A stretch of DNA of 64,000 nucleotides, taken from Camelus ferus (taxonomy: Eukaryota). The DNA is taken from NCBI RefSeq assembly GCF_009834535.1, contig NC_045697.1, positions 19,346,001-19,410,000 of the forward strand, read 5' to 3'. Below are positions 50,540 to 63,968 of the stretch, in pieces. Position numbers and translations under genes: made by a program. The notes beneath the pieces were generated by a model. The model was not told the origin of the DNA. It saw only the letters and a program-made list of their open reading frames with translations, and did no database searches. Within the stretch, counting starts at the first letter, position 1, and each line of letters opens with the position of its first letter.

Positions 50540-50873
50540 GGTACTGAGTCTGCAGAAGACAAAGCATAGTGAGTGGCTTCAGATATTTGAAGGACTAGTT
50601 TGTGGAATTAGAGGTGAAGTTGCTCATGGACTTCAAAGACTAGAACCCCAACTTACAGGAAAGGAGCTACACAGAGATGTGCTTATTAAGCAAAAGGAAG
50701 AAGGTATTCTTTAATCATTCACACTTTCATAAAATGAATGGACCACCTTGCTTAGGTAGCTTCCCATCATCAGAGGTGCTCAAGCAAAGATTGTATAAGT
50801 AGTTAGTGGAAGGTGGAGGTAAGATCCAAAAGACTTATGAGGTCACTTTCCACCTTGGAATTCTAGAATTCTA
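50540..50873 (+). mobile_element. L3/CR1 LINE 3' end
   Basis: CTTCAGATATTTGAAGG..CTTCCCATCATCAGAGGTGCTCAAGCAAAG..GAGGTCACTTTCCACC..ATTCTAGAATTCTA CR1-type tail. Confidence 0.65.
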
Positions 50874-51216
50874 CAAACATGAGAGGGACCCAGGAATGTC
50901 TCTAACAAAGTATCTTACAACAGTGTGATGGCCATTTATTGCCTATTATATATTATAGTATTTATTTCATAGTTGAAAGGTATTTATTACATGGAAGAAT
51001 CTAAAAATTAGCAAATACATAATGTTAGATATTTTAATTTTCCACATTAAAAAAAAATTAGACTTGAGTTGGCTCCTTCCTTGGATGGACATGTTAACAG
51101 CATTGGACTGGTGGCCCCTCAAGGACAGCTCCTCAGTGGCTAAGCCACAATCTATTGTGATGGAATAAGGAGGAAAGGAAGATATTTGGGGCCATGAGTT
51201 CTTCCTATGTCTTCTA

Positions 51217-51360
51217 GGCCAGAACTTCTCATATTCTGTGTGCATACAATCACTGAGGTTTTTGTTACAAGATTCTGCTATAGTAGGTTGGTATGGGGTC
51301 TGAATTTCTGTATTTCTAACAAGCTCTTGAGGGGAGCTGACCACTTTATGAATAGCAAGG
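51217..51360. mobile_element. MER5A-like hAT MITE
   Basis: CTTCTCA..ATCACTGAGG..TTGTTA..AGTAGGTTGG..TTTCTGTATTTCTAACAAGCTC..GACCACTTT. Confidence 0.65.
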
Positions 51361-52379
51361 TCCTAGTTCATGTTCCTCAGGGGGCTGTCTATGAAATTGC
51401 TTCTCTTTTGTGTCAGAGGCAGCAAATCTCATCTCATTCCTAAAAACATTCGGAATCATTATGATGTTTACTTTGTATCGAGAAAAACAATGACAAGTGC
51501 TTACTAATGAAAATAAGCTGTTGAAGGGAACTGCCAATTAGATAAAAACAATTCAGTTTGCATCTCACTACCAAGGACAAAATTAATCATGCATGGTATT
51601 TCCAGTAAAGAAAAAAGTGCCTTAAGTAAATTATTTAGCATTTATATTTTGTAGTGATGCATGCCTAATAAAATCCATGGTGAAAGCAGATAATTATAGC
51701 ATTTTATTGGCATCACCCAGAATTCTAAAACTGCTGCCCTACTGTGGGACTTGGTGGATGAAAAATCCTGACTCTTCTGTAGAAGGGACAGACTTTCAGT
51801 ATATTTGTTTGTGACCTGCCAAAGGGTGGCCTGGCTACTTGTGATTACTTAGTCAACTTTTTGTTAAAAGTACATGCTCTCAGGAAGTCCTGTGCTTACC
51901 TCTACTGCAGCAGTTGATCACAGTGTGTAGTAATTGCCTCTTTATTTGTGTATTTCTCCTACTCTGTCATGGGAATGACAGGGATGCTATCCTGGCCACT
52001 GTACAGGCTAATGTTAGGGAACAAAGTAAATATCTTTCAGGCTGAAAGGATGAAACCTCATTTGGGAAGAAGAAACTCCAGCTGATAGCCCTGATCATGC
52101 CGCCAGCTGTCCTACAGAACTTGTCAAAAGCTTCCTTCACTGATGGTTCTACTAGCAGCTGCTCTGGGGTTGCCCCTAACATAAAAGTCCCAGGTCTTTG
52201 TTGTCCCATCTCATGTGAGCAACAAAAGAGGAGAACAGAAATTAAAATACTCTGAAGAACTGAAAGATGAATTTGAGAAAGAAAAATAATGACTAACCTT
52301 GGGTTGTATGCATGTGTCTGTATGCATTTTTAGACATTAATAAAATACTAAAAAAAGTCTCAGTAATTAAAACATGATG

Positions 52380-53235
52380 TAACTGATACAAACCAAGTAC
52401 CAGATCTAAATATATAGAGAATAGTTTATTTTGTAAACGTCTTAGAAAAAAAGTGGCCATTTGGTAAAATAACTAAGTTAAATCTGTCTTTCACATTATA
52501 CACTAAAAACAAACAAAAAAATCAAAGCAAATCAAAATCAAAACTCAGTTGACTTACCTAAGGAAATTTTAACAAATAAAATAATAAAAGATCTGGAAGA
52601 AAATATAGGTAAATATATTTTTGATGATGGGATAAGAAAGGCATTTACGACTTAAAGAAATTTGAAACTGATTTTCACATTTGAGACAATGCTGGTGAAT
52701 TTCTAGTGTTGATGAGCATGTAAGAAATAGATACTCTCAAATATCACTGGACGGATTGTGAAATGTACAATGTACATTGCTAAAGTGCAGTTTGGCAAAA
52801 TAGGTGAAAAAGTTTTAAATTTTGCATAGTGTTTGGTGCAACAGTTTAATTTCTAGAAACTGGTCTTGAGAAAATTATTATACATGCAGGAAAATATTGA
52901 TTTTGAGAAAATGATAAGAAGCAATTAAGTATTCAACAATAAGAGACTGATTGCACAAATCTTTATGCAGCCATGTGATGAAACACTATTCGGCCATTAA
53001 AATGATGGAGAAGAATATTTAATGATAAGGAGAAATGTTGACAATACATTGTTAAGTGAAGTAGAAGTTCAGAAAGATAAACGGAACGTGTGGTTCCCAC
53101 TTTAAAGACAGGAGGGCATGTGCCCCAAACTAATAGTGGTAATCTCTGAGTTTGGGGATTACGAGTGATTTTAAATTTCTATTTATGCTCTTTGTATTTT
53201 CATATTTTCTTCAATAAACATATTTTACTTTTGGA
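52380..53235 (+). mobile_element. Old L1 (L1ME-like) 3' fragment
   Basis: GAAGAAAATATAGGTAAATAT..; CGGCCATTAAAATG..ACATTGTTAAGTGAA..GATTTTAAATTTCTATTTATGCTC..ATATTTTACTTT. Confidence 0.65.
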
Positions 53236-53479
53236 ATCAGTAAGAAGTGTTAGTAAGAGAACAAAACCCTCTTACAGATGAAAGTAGCATTGTTGTAATT
53301 ATTAAAAATGAACAGATGCTAATATTAACAGTTGTACAAATTAAGGTCAGGCTTAGAGTACTGTTGTAAACTATTCTTTTTCTCTGTTAAATTAGGTTAA
53401 AAATTTTTATTACAGAAGTATTGAAAGAAACATGTTGAACAATACTTGAGTAGTCCAGAAAAAGAATGGCTCTTGTTTA

Positions 53480-53825
53480 TTAGTGGGGATACATCAAGAT
53501 TGTTCTGGTAACAAACATCCCCAGAACTCAGTGTCTTAAAGTATAAAGGCTTATTTCTCATTCAGGATATATGCCCATTGCAGATTTTTGGATGAGAGAG
53601 AAAGTGGGAGATCTGCTCATCTTGGTCTCCTGAGAAATCACTGTCTTGAATATTGTCAGAAACTGTGGCACAGTTAAACAGCAGAATCTCACGCTGGCTC
53701 AGAAGATGCCTATGCTTTTGCTTACAACTCATTGGCCAGAACTAGTCATGTGACCCACCAATCACAAGTGGCCAGGAAGACAAAGTCAGAAATATTTGGC
53801 AAACAGCACAGCATTCATGACTACT
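53480..53825. mobile_element. Old MaLR LTR remnant
   Basis: GTAACAAACATCCCCAGAACTCAGTGTCTTAAA..AAGGCTTATTTCTC..CATTGGCCAGAACTAGTCATGTGACC. Confidence 0.6.
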
Positions 53826-54203
53826 ACCCCCTCGTCTTTCCTTATCTGGTGGGTCTAGAACTAAAATCTGAATGCTAGCAGGGTCATGATCTGGCAATTA
53901 CCATGCTCTAGGCTCTAACATGAGCAAAAGAACAGAGTGAGACAGAGAAAATATTGAGCACATTTCTAGGGATGCTTCATAAATGTCCTGCGTTTCTCTT
54001 TCCTCACTATGATTAACATGGAATTCTATAGGTTGTTCATCTCTGAAGTAAGGGGTTTTGACTTTGGGGCCTTTACAGACCTTTGCAGCTTAAAAATCCT
54101 GCATTCCGTATATCCTGGAAAGAATACTAATAAGAGCTCACTTGGGTTTTGCGCCTTTTATGGGCTTCATACTTTTCCAAGTTATTTCCTTGGATTATCC
54201 ATG

Positions 54204-54629
54204 TGTTATGGGCCAAATGTGTCCCCCTCAACCCAAATTCATATGTTAAACCCCTAACCCCTAGTACCTCAGCATATGACTATATTTTGAAAGAAGGCTT
54301 TTAAAAAGGTGATTAGTTAAAATGAGAATGTTAGGGTGAACTCTAATCCCATATGACTAGTGTCACCATAGAGATTAGGATAGAGAGAAAAAGAGAGAGA
54401 GGGGAGAGGTGCCAGACATACGTCCACATACAGAAATGGCCATGTGAGGACACACGGAGAAGGTGACCATCTGAAAGCCAAGGGTAGAGGCCTCAGGAAG
54501 AGACCAAATCTGTTGGTACCTTAATATTGGACCTCTAGCCTCCAAAACTATGGGAAATATGTTTATGTTGTTTAAGAAGCCACCCAGTCTGTGATATATT
54601 GTGAATGACAGCCCTCGCAAATGAATGCA
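54204..54629 (+). mobile_element. MaLR solo LTR (MLT1A/B-like)
   Basis: TGTTATGGGCCAAATGTGTCCCCC..AAATTCATATGTT..GCCATGTGAGGACAC..AAGCCACCCAGTCTGTG; 5-bp flanks CCATG / TCATG. Confidence 0.88.
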
Positions 54630-54897
54630 TCATGTAATACATATGAAAATCTTGAGTTTGATACCATTCTCTTATCCACATTTATAAGTGAGGCTGCTGA
54701 TTTCAGAGAGGTGAGCTGACTTGCCAAATTGATGTACTTAGCTTGTGGTCCCAACTACTGCACTTTAATCGAAACAATGAAAGTAGAAATGAACTAAGAA
54801 AACAAGACTTTCACCTAATAATAGATAACATTTGTCGGGCATCTGGCAGGAATAATTGTGTATGCTTTCTATGTATGCATTTACTTGTTATAACAAT

Positions 54898-55445
54898 AGT
54901 TGTTAGCTATTGCTGCATAACAAATTATCACAAAACATAGTTGCTTACAACAACAAAACAGTTACTATCTCAGAGTTTTTGGGGTCTAGGAATCCAGTCA
55001 CATCCTGGCTGGGTACTTCTGATTCAGGGTCTCTCACGAAGCTGCATTCAAGGTGTCAGTTGGGACTGTGGTCATCGCAGGACTTGGCTGAATCCAAGTT
55101 CACTGATATGGTTGCTGGGAGGAATTTGTTCCTTGTAGATTATTGTACTGAGGGTCTCAGGTCCTTGTTGGGTGTTGACCAGAGGCCTCCCTTGGTTCCT
55201 TGCCAAATGCAGCTCTTCATGTGGCATCTCCCCACATGGCAGCTGGCTTCCATCAGAACAAGCAAGAGAGAACAGAGAGGCAAGCAAGACAGAAGTCTTA
55301 GTCTTTGTAACCCAGTTTCAGAAGTGACAGCCATCACTTTGCCATGTTTTATTTATTAGACAGGAGTCACTATGTCTGGTCTATCCTCAACAGGAAGGGA
55401 TTACAGAAGGGCGCGAGTACAAGAAGGTGAGGGCAGTGGCTGCTT
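54898..55445 (-). mobile_element. MaLR LTR (MLT1F-like)
   Basis: TTAGCTATTGCTGCATAACAAATTATCACAAAAC..GGGTCTCTCACGAAGCTGCATTCAAGGTGTCAG..ACATGGCAGCTGGCTTC; homologous to 18820-19370. Confidence 0.85.
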
Positions 55446-55727
55446 ATCGTGGACGCACAAACCAGTGGCAGAGAATTGGTAAACAATTTGCCCAAAGCCA
55501 CACAGCAGTGTCAGGATCAGAACACAACTAGTCAACTCCAGGGCCTGTGCTTTTAAGATTCATGTGACCATGCTCGCTATGCATAGTGGATAACATGTTA
55601 TCAGCAAATATGTCTTAGAACCTCGTTGGGTAGAAGTGATGGGCCAGTGGGCCAAATCCAGAGTCACACTGTACTATCCAAAGGTCAGTCACAGTGCTTT
55701 GGGGACTGCGGGGTCTCTTATCTATAC

Positions 55728-55940
55728 TGGGGTCAGCGAACCCCTTTTTGTAAGGAGCCATGTAGTATTTTAAGCCTTGTGGGCCACGTGGTTTCTGTTG
55801 TAACTGTTCACCTCTGCATGAAAGCAGCCATAGATAACAGTTCAGTGGAGGGGCGGGGCTGTGTTCCAATAGGATTTTATTTACAAACACAGGCAGCAGG
55901 CTGGAGTTAGCCTGTGTGCTATTGTGTGCTAACCCTCCTG
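55728..55940. mobile_element. MER58A-like hAT MITE
   Basis: CTGGGGTCAGC..GCCTTGTGGGCCAC..AAAGCAGCCATAGATAA..GGCTGTGTTCCAATAGGATTTTATTTACAAA. Confidence 0.8.
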
Positions 55941-58269
55941 GCCTGAATCACTGTGGACACACGGATGTATCAAGGAATTCTTCATTTTGTAAAAGTTAGA
56001 ATTACTTGCTTTGTTGGGATCTCATCAGCCACTGCACCAAAAATTGGAGCAGAAGCCATTTTGAAGCAACAGAAGCAGGAAAGGTTGAGATATTTTTCCA
56101 TGGTCCTCATGCCCTGAAGATACCCCTTGAATGCATTCAGGCACCATCACTCCTCCTGTGCCTTGGACAACTTGTTTGCACTTGGCGGAAGGACTCCTTC
56201 CTTGCATTTTCCTCTGGGCTTTCATCCTGCTCTTTTCTGGCTAGTCATTTCTTTTTCCTGCCTGAGTCTTTTCCCCTTCTTATCAACCTCCTTGCCCTAG
56301 GCCCAGTATTTTTCAGGTTGCTGATAACTTTGTGTAATATACATTGTGTTCCTTTGGAAGAAGTCGATGGTCCTGGGACTTCCATAAACTTGTTTGTTCC
56401 CCCATTCCTGAATAGAAGGCATGCCAACTCCAGGAAACACCCCGGGCAGGGAATCATCACAAAGCTTCCCTAAAATTAAGAGTGTGCCCTGGACCTTAGT
56501 GAGTTCTAATTTTGGAAGATGTTTTTATTGATAGAGAGAAAATTTAGGAAGCGAGGGTCGGGTGGAGTGCTTTGCCGCATGAGGGGAGCAGACCAAATAA
56601 TGTGAGGTTTCCTAAAGCCAACAGCCACCTGGTGACAATGTAGAGCCTTACACATGTCCCCACTAGACTTCAACTGTAGTTTAAAAAGTTAAGTTAAAGT
56701 CAGGATCTCAACAAATAGCTAAACAGCAATTCTATTTTTAGTATGTTTCCTTTCTCACTGGAGAAAATTATCTGCTAGGAGAAAGAAATATTTGCAGCCT
56801 TTGCTTCAACCTTTATATTCCAGTGCTGGTAACAGCTTCAAATAATAATATGATCAACAGTTTCCTAGCTCTTTGCCTAGGGCATTGGTAGTCTTTTATA
56901 CATATTTATTTTGTTTTATTTTGTGCCTTGGACCTTCTGACACTTAATAATATAATTTACCTTGATTCCACTGCAGATGGGACTCTCCCTGACTCAATTT
57001 AAAAAATTAATGCATTTAATTTTAGTAGAAGTGGGCAATAACACACCAGGTGACTCAGCTAAGTAAAAGAAGTGTTTGTAATTACAATTCTAAATCAAAT
57101 TGTGCTCTGAGTGCCCTTCTGGGGTTAAATCCTGCAGAAGTTTAGGGCAATTGAGGATTGCTGACTCAGTTTTCCCAGTCTGAGAACGAAGGGGCGGGGG
57201 ATGATCTGTATTCAACATACCTCGAGTTTCTAAATATTTAAAATTAATATTCACTACTCTTCCTAAAGTATAGTGTTTAGGGATGCTTAGCAATGAATGA
57301 ATCTCCTTTTTTTTCTCCTCTTAGGCAGTTTTCTGAATTCCATTCGGTATCGCCTGCTGTTTTATTACACATTTTCTCGTAATTGCTTTTGTGTGATCAG
57401 GGTTTGTGGAATAAAGAAAAAAAAATGACTAATCATATCTCAAGATGTGCAGGCCAGAGTATACCCCAGCATTATTTTAATATTATTTAAAAATGTGTTA
57501 ACTGCATACTTTTTTTCTTTCTCATAACAACATTTCTCATTAAAATGGATTTATTTATCACATTTCTCTTAATGTTGGGATTTCTGGCATGAGAATGAAT
57601 TATAGGCCTTTTTAGAGGGACTTTTTAAAATGACTAGATGATGGTTTCTCCCCTGTGCCATTTGTTAGTGTCAGAGGGATGAAAAAAACAACTTTATAGT
57701 GATTCTTCTGGGTAAGAAATTGAGATATACTCTTGAAAAGGGTGTGGATCATGCTTTTAATGGGCCAGGTCTAACTACCAAATTTCAAGGAGGAAAACTT
57801 TTCATTGAGATAAAGCCTCAAATTGACATATTTTGATAGAGATGGTGATTTGGAGGCAGTTGACTTGGTTGATGGACATGTTTCAGAGACTTTTTGGTCA
57901 CTTGTTTGCAACTAATTGGATTGGAACGAGGTTGGACTCTCTTAACTCTGGAGTTCTAAGCAGGGAAGTAGGAGCGAGTGGATTCAGAGATGGGTGTGAG
58001 CTGATCAGAGGTACTAAACAAAGTGAAAATGCTTTCACCTAAAAATCTCAAAACATACTGTTGACTTAAAAAGTGGCCCTGGATAAGTGGTCAACATTCT
58101 TTTGTAGGGACTTGAAAACTGAAAACAGAGATTATGTGGAATTAGAGTGATGGAAATGGGAATTCAAGAAAGGAAGACAATAATAGATTTCAAAACACTA
58201 GAGGTTCACTATGACCCAGAAATGAAGAAAGTTGAAAATATGTGAAAAGAAGGTCCATTAGCGGCTTGA

Positions 58270-58420
58270 TACCCAGAGAGTGGCCCACGGACCAGCACTA
58301 TTGGCATCAACTGGGAGCTTGTTAAAAATGCACAGTATTGGGTCTTACCTGAGACCCAACTGCATTGCAACAAAATTCTGAGTGATTTGGTGCAAATTCA
58401 AGTTTAAGAAGCATTGTTTT
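58270..58420. mobile_element. MER5A-like hAT MITE
   Basis: GTGGCCCACGGACCAGCAC..GGCATCAACTGGGAGCTTGTTAAAAATGCA..AAGTTTAAGAAGCATTG. Confidence 0.75.
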
Positions 58421-58971
58421 AGAGTAAGATGCTAAAAAGATTGTTCTTTACCAACAATCTTCAGTAGCATAGGGTTGCATTTCCTTCTCTGAGCTTGGAC
58501 CCACACTCTATGACTCTACATAAGTAACAGTTGCATAAGCATAATAGTGAAAATGTTTTATAATTTTCAGTTTGTGCATCAGTATATAGGTAAGAGCTGG
58601 TACACTTGGTATTAGAGGTGTAGAACAGAATGTAAAGGTCATAAACCTTGACAATTAAAAATAACAACTAAAAAGGAACAGAGAAGAAAAAGAGGTGAAG
58701 TAAAGAAAGCAATGTTCTCATATTTCATAGCAAGGCATCAATACATACTGGTTTAAGTTGAAAATCCAGGAAACAGAGTTTATTCGTCATATTTCAAGTC
58801 ATAGAAGAAATATAAGAAGAAAGATGATACAACCAACAAAATTTGAAAAGTGATGCAGGGAGGGAAGGTAGAGGGCAGTATAAATGAACTAAATTCTTCA
58901 TTTTTCACAGCAAGGAAAGGAGTTAAGGGGTGCTATCCAGGGCTGACAAATAGCAAAATTAAGGCAGTAGC

Positions 58972-59503
58972 ATGTGGCAAATATGCATCATAATCCAAAC
59001 ATCCAGGTGTCTGAGAAATGTCACATTTCTTTCTTTCTTCAAATCTAACTCAATCAAACTGCAATGCCTACCTACCAACTTGTCAAGAATCCAATCACAG
59101 TTAGGATTAGAGACTTCCTTCCTCCCTCCATGTATGTGCATGTGGTTAAAGATTGGGTCAAGTCTGCTTCCTCTTCCTCTGGGACACAAAATTTCCCAGG
59201 ATCCCTGCCAAGTGGTTCTGATGGAGTCACTGAGTTGTGGCTGTTGGGATAGGAGTGGAGGTGATGTGTGTTACTTCTAGGCCAGGCTCTTCCACTCCTC
59301 GTCCCCCAGTCTCTGCTGATTGAATCAAGAGGCTGCTGAGGTCTGAGAGAGGAGTGGAGCCCTAAGAGGGAGGATGCTTGGGTCAGTGAAAGGCTGGTTG
59401 TGACCATCCAGATAGACTTTACTCAAGCAAGAGATAAACTTCTATTTTTCAGTCCCAAATATCATAATTTTTTTAAATCATTAAGTTAGCCTATTTGAAT
59501 AAC
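58972..59503 (+). mobile_element. Old MaLR LTR remnant
   Basis: TGTGGCA start; GTGATGTGTGTTACTTCTAGGCCAGG..GACTTTACTCAAGCAAGAGATAAACTTCTATT. Confidence 0.5.
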
Positions 59504-60737
59504 ACAATGATCATGGGGGTTTCCCATAAAGCTGATTTTGAGGCATCCCCTGTAGTCCGCAAATCATTATGGTCCCTTGATGTCAGGCATTCCACCATCT
59601 TTACACCACTCAAGGACTTGGACATATTTGCTGAGGCTGAGAAATGCAGGGATTGGAGTCTAGTCTACTAACAGGACAACTGAAAACTGAAGGTGCTACT
59701 CTGGGAAGCCTGGATGAAAAGTGGAGAGAGAATTTACCCTTCGCTCTGTGCTCTGTTTATTGCTTGCATTTGTAAAAATCAAGTGCATGTGATATTTCAT
59801 AAGATTATTGTTAAAAATACTTCTCTTTTCTCTAGTCGGTGTAGTACCTTAAAGCTTAAAGAAATCCAACAACAAAGACTTAGACATATGGGCTATAAAT
59901 GAAAATGATGTGTAAGATTCTCATCTGGCTCAAAGTTTTCTCCTGGAAGAAGTTCAACAACAAGGGAGGAATAAGCAAACTGCAACTTACATAAGAAAGA
60001 CTTACGTAAGAAGGGACCTTGTATGAGAAGGTCCCTTGACTTCTTTGAGCCTCATTTTCCTCACCAGTCTGAGAGTCATGTTACTACTTGCCTTGCCTTT
60101 TCCAGAGGATCAAATTCAATTAAATGTACAAAACATTTGCTTAGGACTTGCAATAAATTGATATAAAAATAGAGACACAGAAATTAATACTACCATGCTC
60201 CAGCTCATGTGGAGTAGAAACTCTGGTGGATCGGGGTAGGAAGATATACAAAAACAAATGAGTCTATGGATGTGGAAGAATTTTGAAAATTGTGAAGTAT
60301 GACTCCAAGGTGTTATTCATTTTTCCTAACGTCATGTAGCTGCAGACTTTCTAGTTGTTAAGGAGACAGAAATACCTTCTCAATCGTAGGTCCACGTAAA
60401 GGTCTTAGTCTGTAATTCAAAGTGAAAGAATTACTGCAGTGCTGGCTGCTCCTGGAATGAATGAGAGTTAAGGAGTGAATTTCTCTGAGGAAAAAGGGAG
60501 AAACGTGTTGGTCACATTTTAAAAATCCGTGTATTCAAAATGCCTGCAGACTGGTTCCCCCAATCCTACTCAGCCCAGAATTATTTTTTCGTCCCTTCCA
60601 TTAAGGAGGAAAGATGCAATCTTGAAATTTTGTTCTCGTTTACTCACTACAGGAGACAGAAAGAAAAAAAAAAGCCAGCATCCTTCCATTCTTTTAGGCC
60701 CTAGCTGCTTCTTCAGGTTAGTATCAACTGAACACTT

Positions 60738-61154
60738 AAAACATTTATTTTTTTTTTAATTGAAGCATAGTTGATTTACAATGTTTCAGGTATACAGCAA
60801 AATGATTCAGTGATACACACACACACACATATATGTTCTTTTTCAGATTCTTTTCCATTATAGGTTATTACAAGATATTGAATATGGTTCCCTGTGTTAC
60901 ACAGTAGGTCCTTGTTTATCTATTTTATATATAGTGGTATGTCTCTGATAATCCAAAATTCCCAATTTATCCCTCACCCTCCCATCCCATTTGGTAACCG
61001 TAAGTTTGTTTTCTATATCTGAGTCTATTTCTGTTTTGTAAATAAGTTCATTTTTATCACTTTTTTTTAAAATTCCACACATAAGAGATATCATGATATT
61101 TATCTTTTTCTGTCTGACTTACTTCACTTAGTATGGTAATCTCTAGGGCCATCT
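60738..61154 (-). mobile_element. 5'-truncated L1 (3' UTR) with 11-bp TSD
   Basis: Homologous to 847-1155; TSD ACTGAACACTT at 60727-60737 and 61155-61165; TTT/AAAA endonuclease site on the minus strand at the 5' junction. Confidence 0.9.
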
Positions 61155-62459
61155 ACTGAACACTTTTTTTTAAATGTGAAGTCTGTGCTGGGTCTCCGAG
61201 AGCATTAACTCATTCAATGTCACTCAAAATGGGGCTGGGAATTCAGGACAATGCCAGACAGGGCTGCACAGTGAAGGGCCCCGTGTGCTGTACTGAGTAG
61301 CCAGCACTTTATGTTGTAGGCACTGAAGAGCTGTGGACAGCTGGGGGACAGGCAATCATATTACTTAGGACAGATGCAAAGTTCTACCCCAAACAGATGC
61401 TGAGAGTAGGGACTTAAAGTTTACAGGTGTTGATTTCCTTTCATTTTCCACATCCAGGTGGGCAGCTTGTTCTGTGTGATCATCTGGGGTCTCAGCTCTT
61501 GCTAAGTCATTTCTCTTTCATCCCCTGTGCATTGTCTTAGGCATCCTCGAAGCTGCATCACAGCTGTGTTCCGGGTTCCAGGGAAGAAGAAGAGGAAAGA
61601 GAATGGGGGAAAGCACACCTGATGTCTAAAGTCCCAGGCATGGAAGCGCACATGTCTCTGCTACTCACTTTCCTTCCACAGTAATGTGGTCTTGTGGCCA
61701 CAGCTAACTGTGGTCTGGCTGGATAGCCAAGAACTAGCTCCAATTCTGTTATCAGGGGTGACTTTGGTGGACACCCAGTCGTGTCTACTACAACAAGGAA
61801 ACAGATCTATGTTTTCCAAAGAGAATTCTGATTTCTTTTGGCATTCTCTGTAGCATCTAGCACAGAACTGTCTATGTGGTGGGCATTCCATCAATAATTG
61901 TTGGCTCATTAATTGATTAATAGATTGGCAAAGCCAGGATGAGGCCAGAGGGCCAGTCATCTCATTTACTTATGATGACACATAAGGATCCACTGATGGC
62001 ACCTGCCAAGCAATGCCTTCCTCAACATGATACAGGAAAGAGGCTGCTGAAGGTCTGTTCTGTTCTGTTAGAGTCATGTCTGGGCAATTTATAGTCCTCA
62101 TGAGACAGGAAGGAATGGCTCAAGACCCCAGATCAAGAGGCTGGGAAATGATCCAATGTGCCATTGTACCTGTTGCCAGGAAGGGGCTAACGACAGTCAT
62201 TATGTTACATGTATCCCACCAACCGTAATTTGTAGAGAGAGATTTTATGTGGAAGTCAAAATAAGTTTTTTAAAAAGCACTTCTTTCCTTCCCTTCTTCC
62301 ATCTAATAATTGACCAAAAGGGTGAAGGTGGCAAGAGAGAGCAGCCTGCTTTAATAAGTAGGAGTATTTTATGTTGATATTGTTTAGAACACTTGTCCCA
62401 TGGTAATAATACAAAGCGCTCTGAGTTTGAGTCAGTTTCTTAAAAAATTGTTTTAAAAT

Positions 62460-63968
62460 TCTCTGTAGATATTACATCATCTTATTGCTTGCACCATGGT
62501 GGGCTTCTCCATGTCCCCTACCCCTCGGTACACCACTCATTTCCTTCCTCCTTCTTTCTTCTTTTCCCATTCCCTTCCCTTTACAGGAAAAGCCTTTGAA
62601 AGATCTGTCTGTTCTCACTGTCTGCTACAATTCTCTTCCCATTCTCTCCCAAGGCTCTATCAGCCAGACTTCGTTCCAACCATGTCATCCAATTAGCTCT
62701 TGTCACAGTCACGTCACAGCTGCTGGATCTGACTGTTGATTCTCAGTTCTTGTCTTACTTGACCTATTAGCAACATTTATCACTCTCGCTCACTTCTTCC
62801 TCCTGGAAACTCTTGTTTCTCTGGGCTTCTGGAGCACTGTCCTGACTTGGGGATACCTCACTGGGCTCTCTTCAGCGAAATTTTTTTCTTCTTGATTCCA
62901 AATGTTGGAGGACCTCAGGACTTGTCCTCTTTGTCCTCTTCTCTTCTCCATCTATACCCACTTCATTGGTGATCTTATCCAGTCTTAGAACTTGAAATAT
63001 CACATATAGCTGGTGCCTCCGAAGTTTCTGTCTCTAACCCAGGCTTCTCCCTTGTACGCCCCAGCTTGCACCTCCATTGAATAGATCCCTCCAACATCCC
63101 ATGTCTACACCTGACTCCTCATCTGCCCTCCCAGTTGATCCATGGCCAGTCTTCCCATGTGAACTAATAAGAACTCTAATTGTTCAGGCCAGTGATGTAA
63201 AGAATCATCTCTGATTCCTTTGGTTTTGTTCTGTTTTCATAACCATATCCAGCTGGTTGGGAATTTCTGGAGGCTCTGTTTGGAAAATGCTCCAAGAATA
63301 TGACAGTTATTACCATCTGCACTCCCATCATCAAACCAGCATTACCTTTCCCCTTTCAGTGGTGAGTTGCAGCAGCCTTCTAGATGATCTCTAGATCCCG
63401 TTCTTTTTTCTCCTACCTCATGTCTGTACATAGAAATGAAGGTGTGGAAGTCAGACCAAAGCAATCATTTGCTCAACATCTTCCTTTGTTGAGCAACTCA
63501 GTAGAATTGCCAGAGTCTTATGATCTGCACCTCTGCCAAAACCTTCCAATTTCATTTCCCATGTCTCTCTCGCTCTGTCACTCCTTCAAACACACTTGCC
63601 TCCTTTTTGTTCCTCCAGGGCCCCTTGTTGTCAGTCACCTTCATCCAGGTATGTGTGACTTTCCCCCTCAACTGTTTCAGGCTTTGCTCAAATGCCATGT
63701 CAGTGAAGCCTTTTGTTACCACTCTCTATAAAATCACACTTCCTATCTCCCTTGCTTGTCTTTGCTTCCATAGCAATGTCCTATCTACTTTACTAATTTT
63801 TTGTATTATTGACCATTTTTCATCCACTGAATATAAGCTCCATGAGGGCAGAGATTTTTGACACTGTATCCTCAGTGCCTAGACAGTGCCTGGCATATGA
63901 TGGGAGCTCAGCTAAAAAGAAATCAATTGAAGTGTAGTTGATTTTATATTTGTTGAAGGCATGAATGA
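62460..63968 (+). mobile_element. L2 LINE, ~1.5 kb 3' portion
   Basis: Pyrimidine-rich L2 body (TCTTACTTGACCTATTAGCAACATTT..) ending TAAGCTCCATGAGGGCAGAGA..CAGTGCCTAGACAGTGCCTGGCATA..TGAATGA. Confidence 0.85.

Noticed and set aside
56006..56473. 155-aa hydrophobic ORF
   Set aside because: Non-ATG start, pyrimidine-rich bias, no family resemblance.
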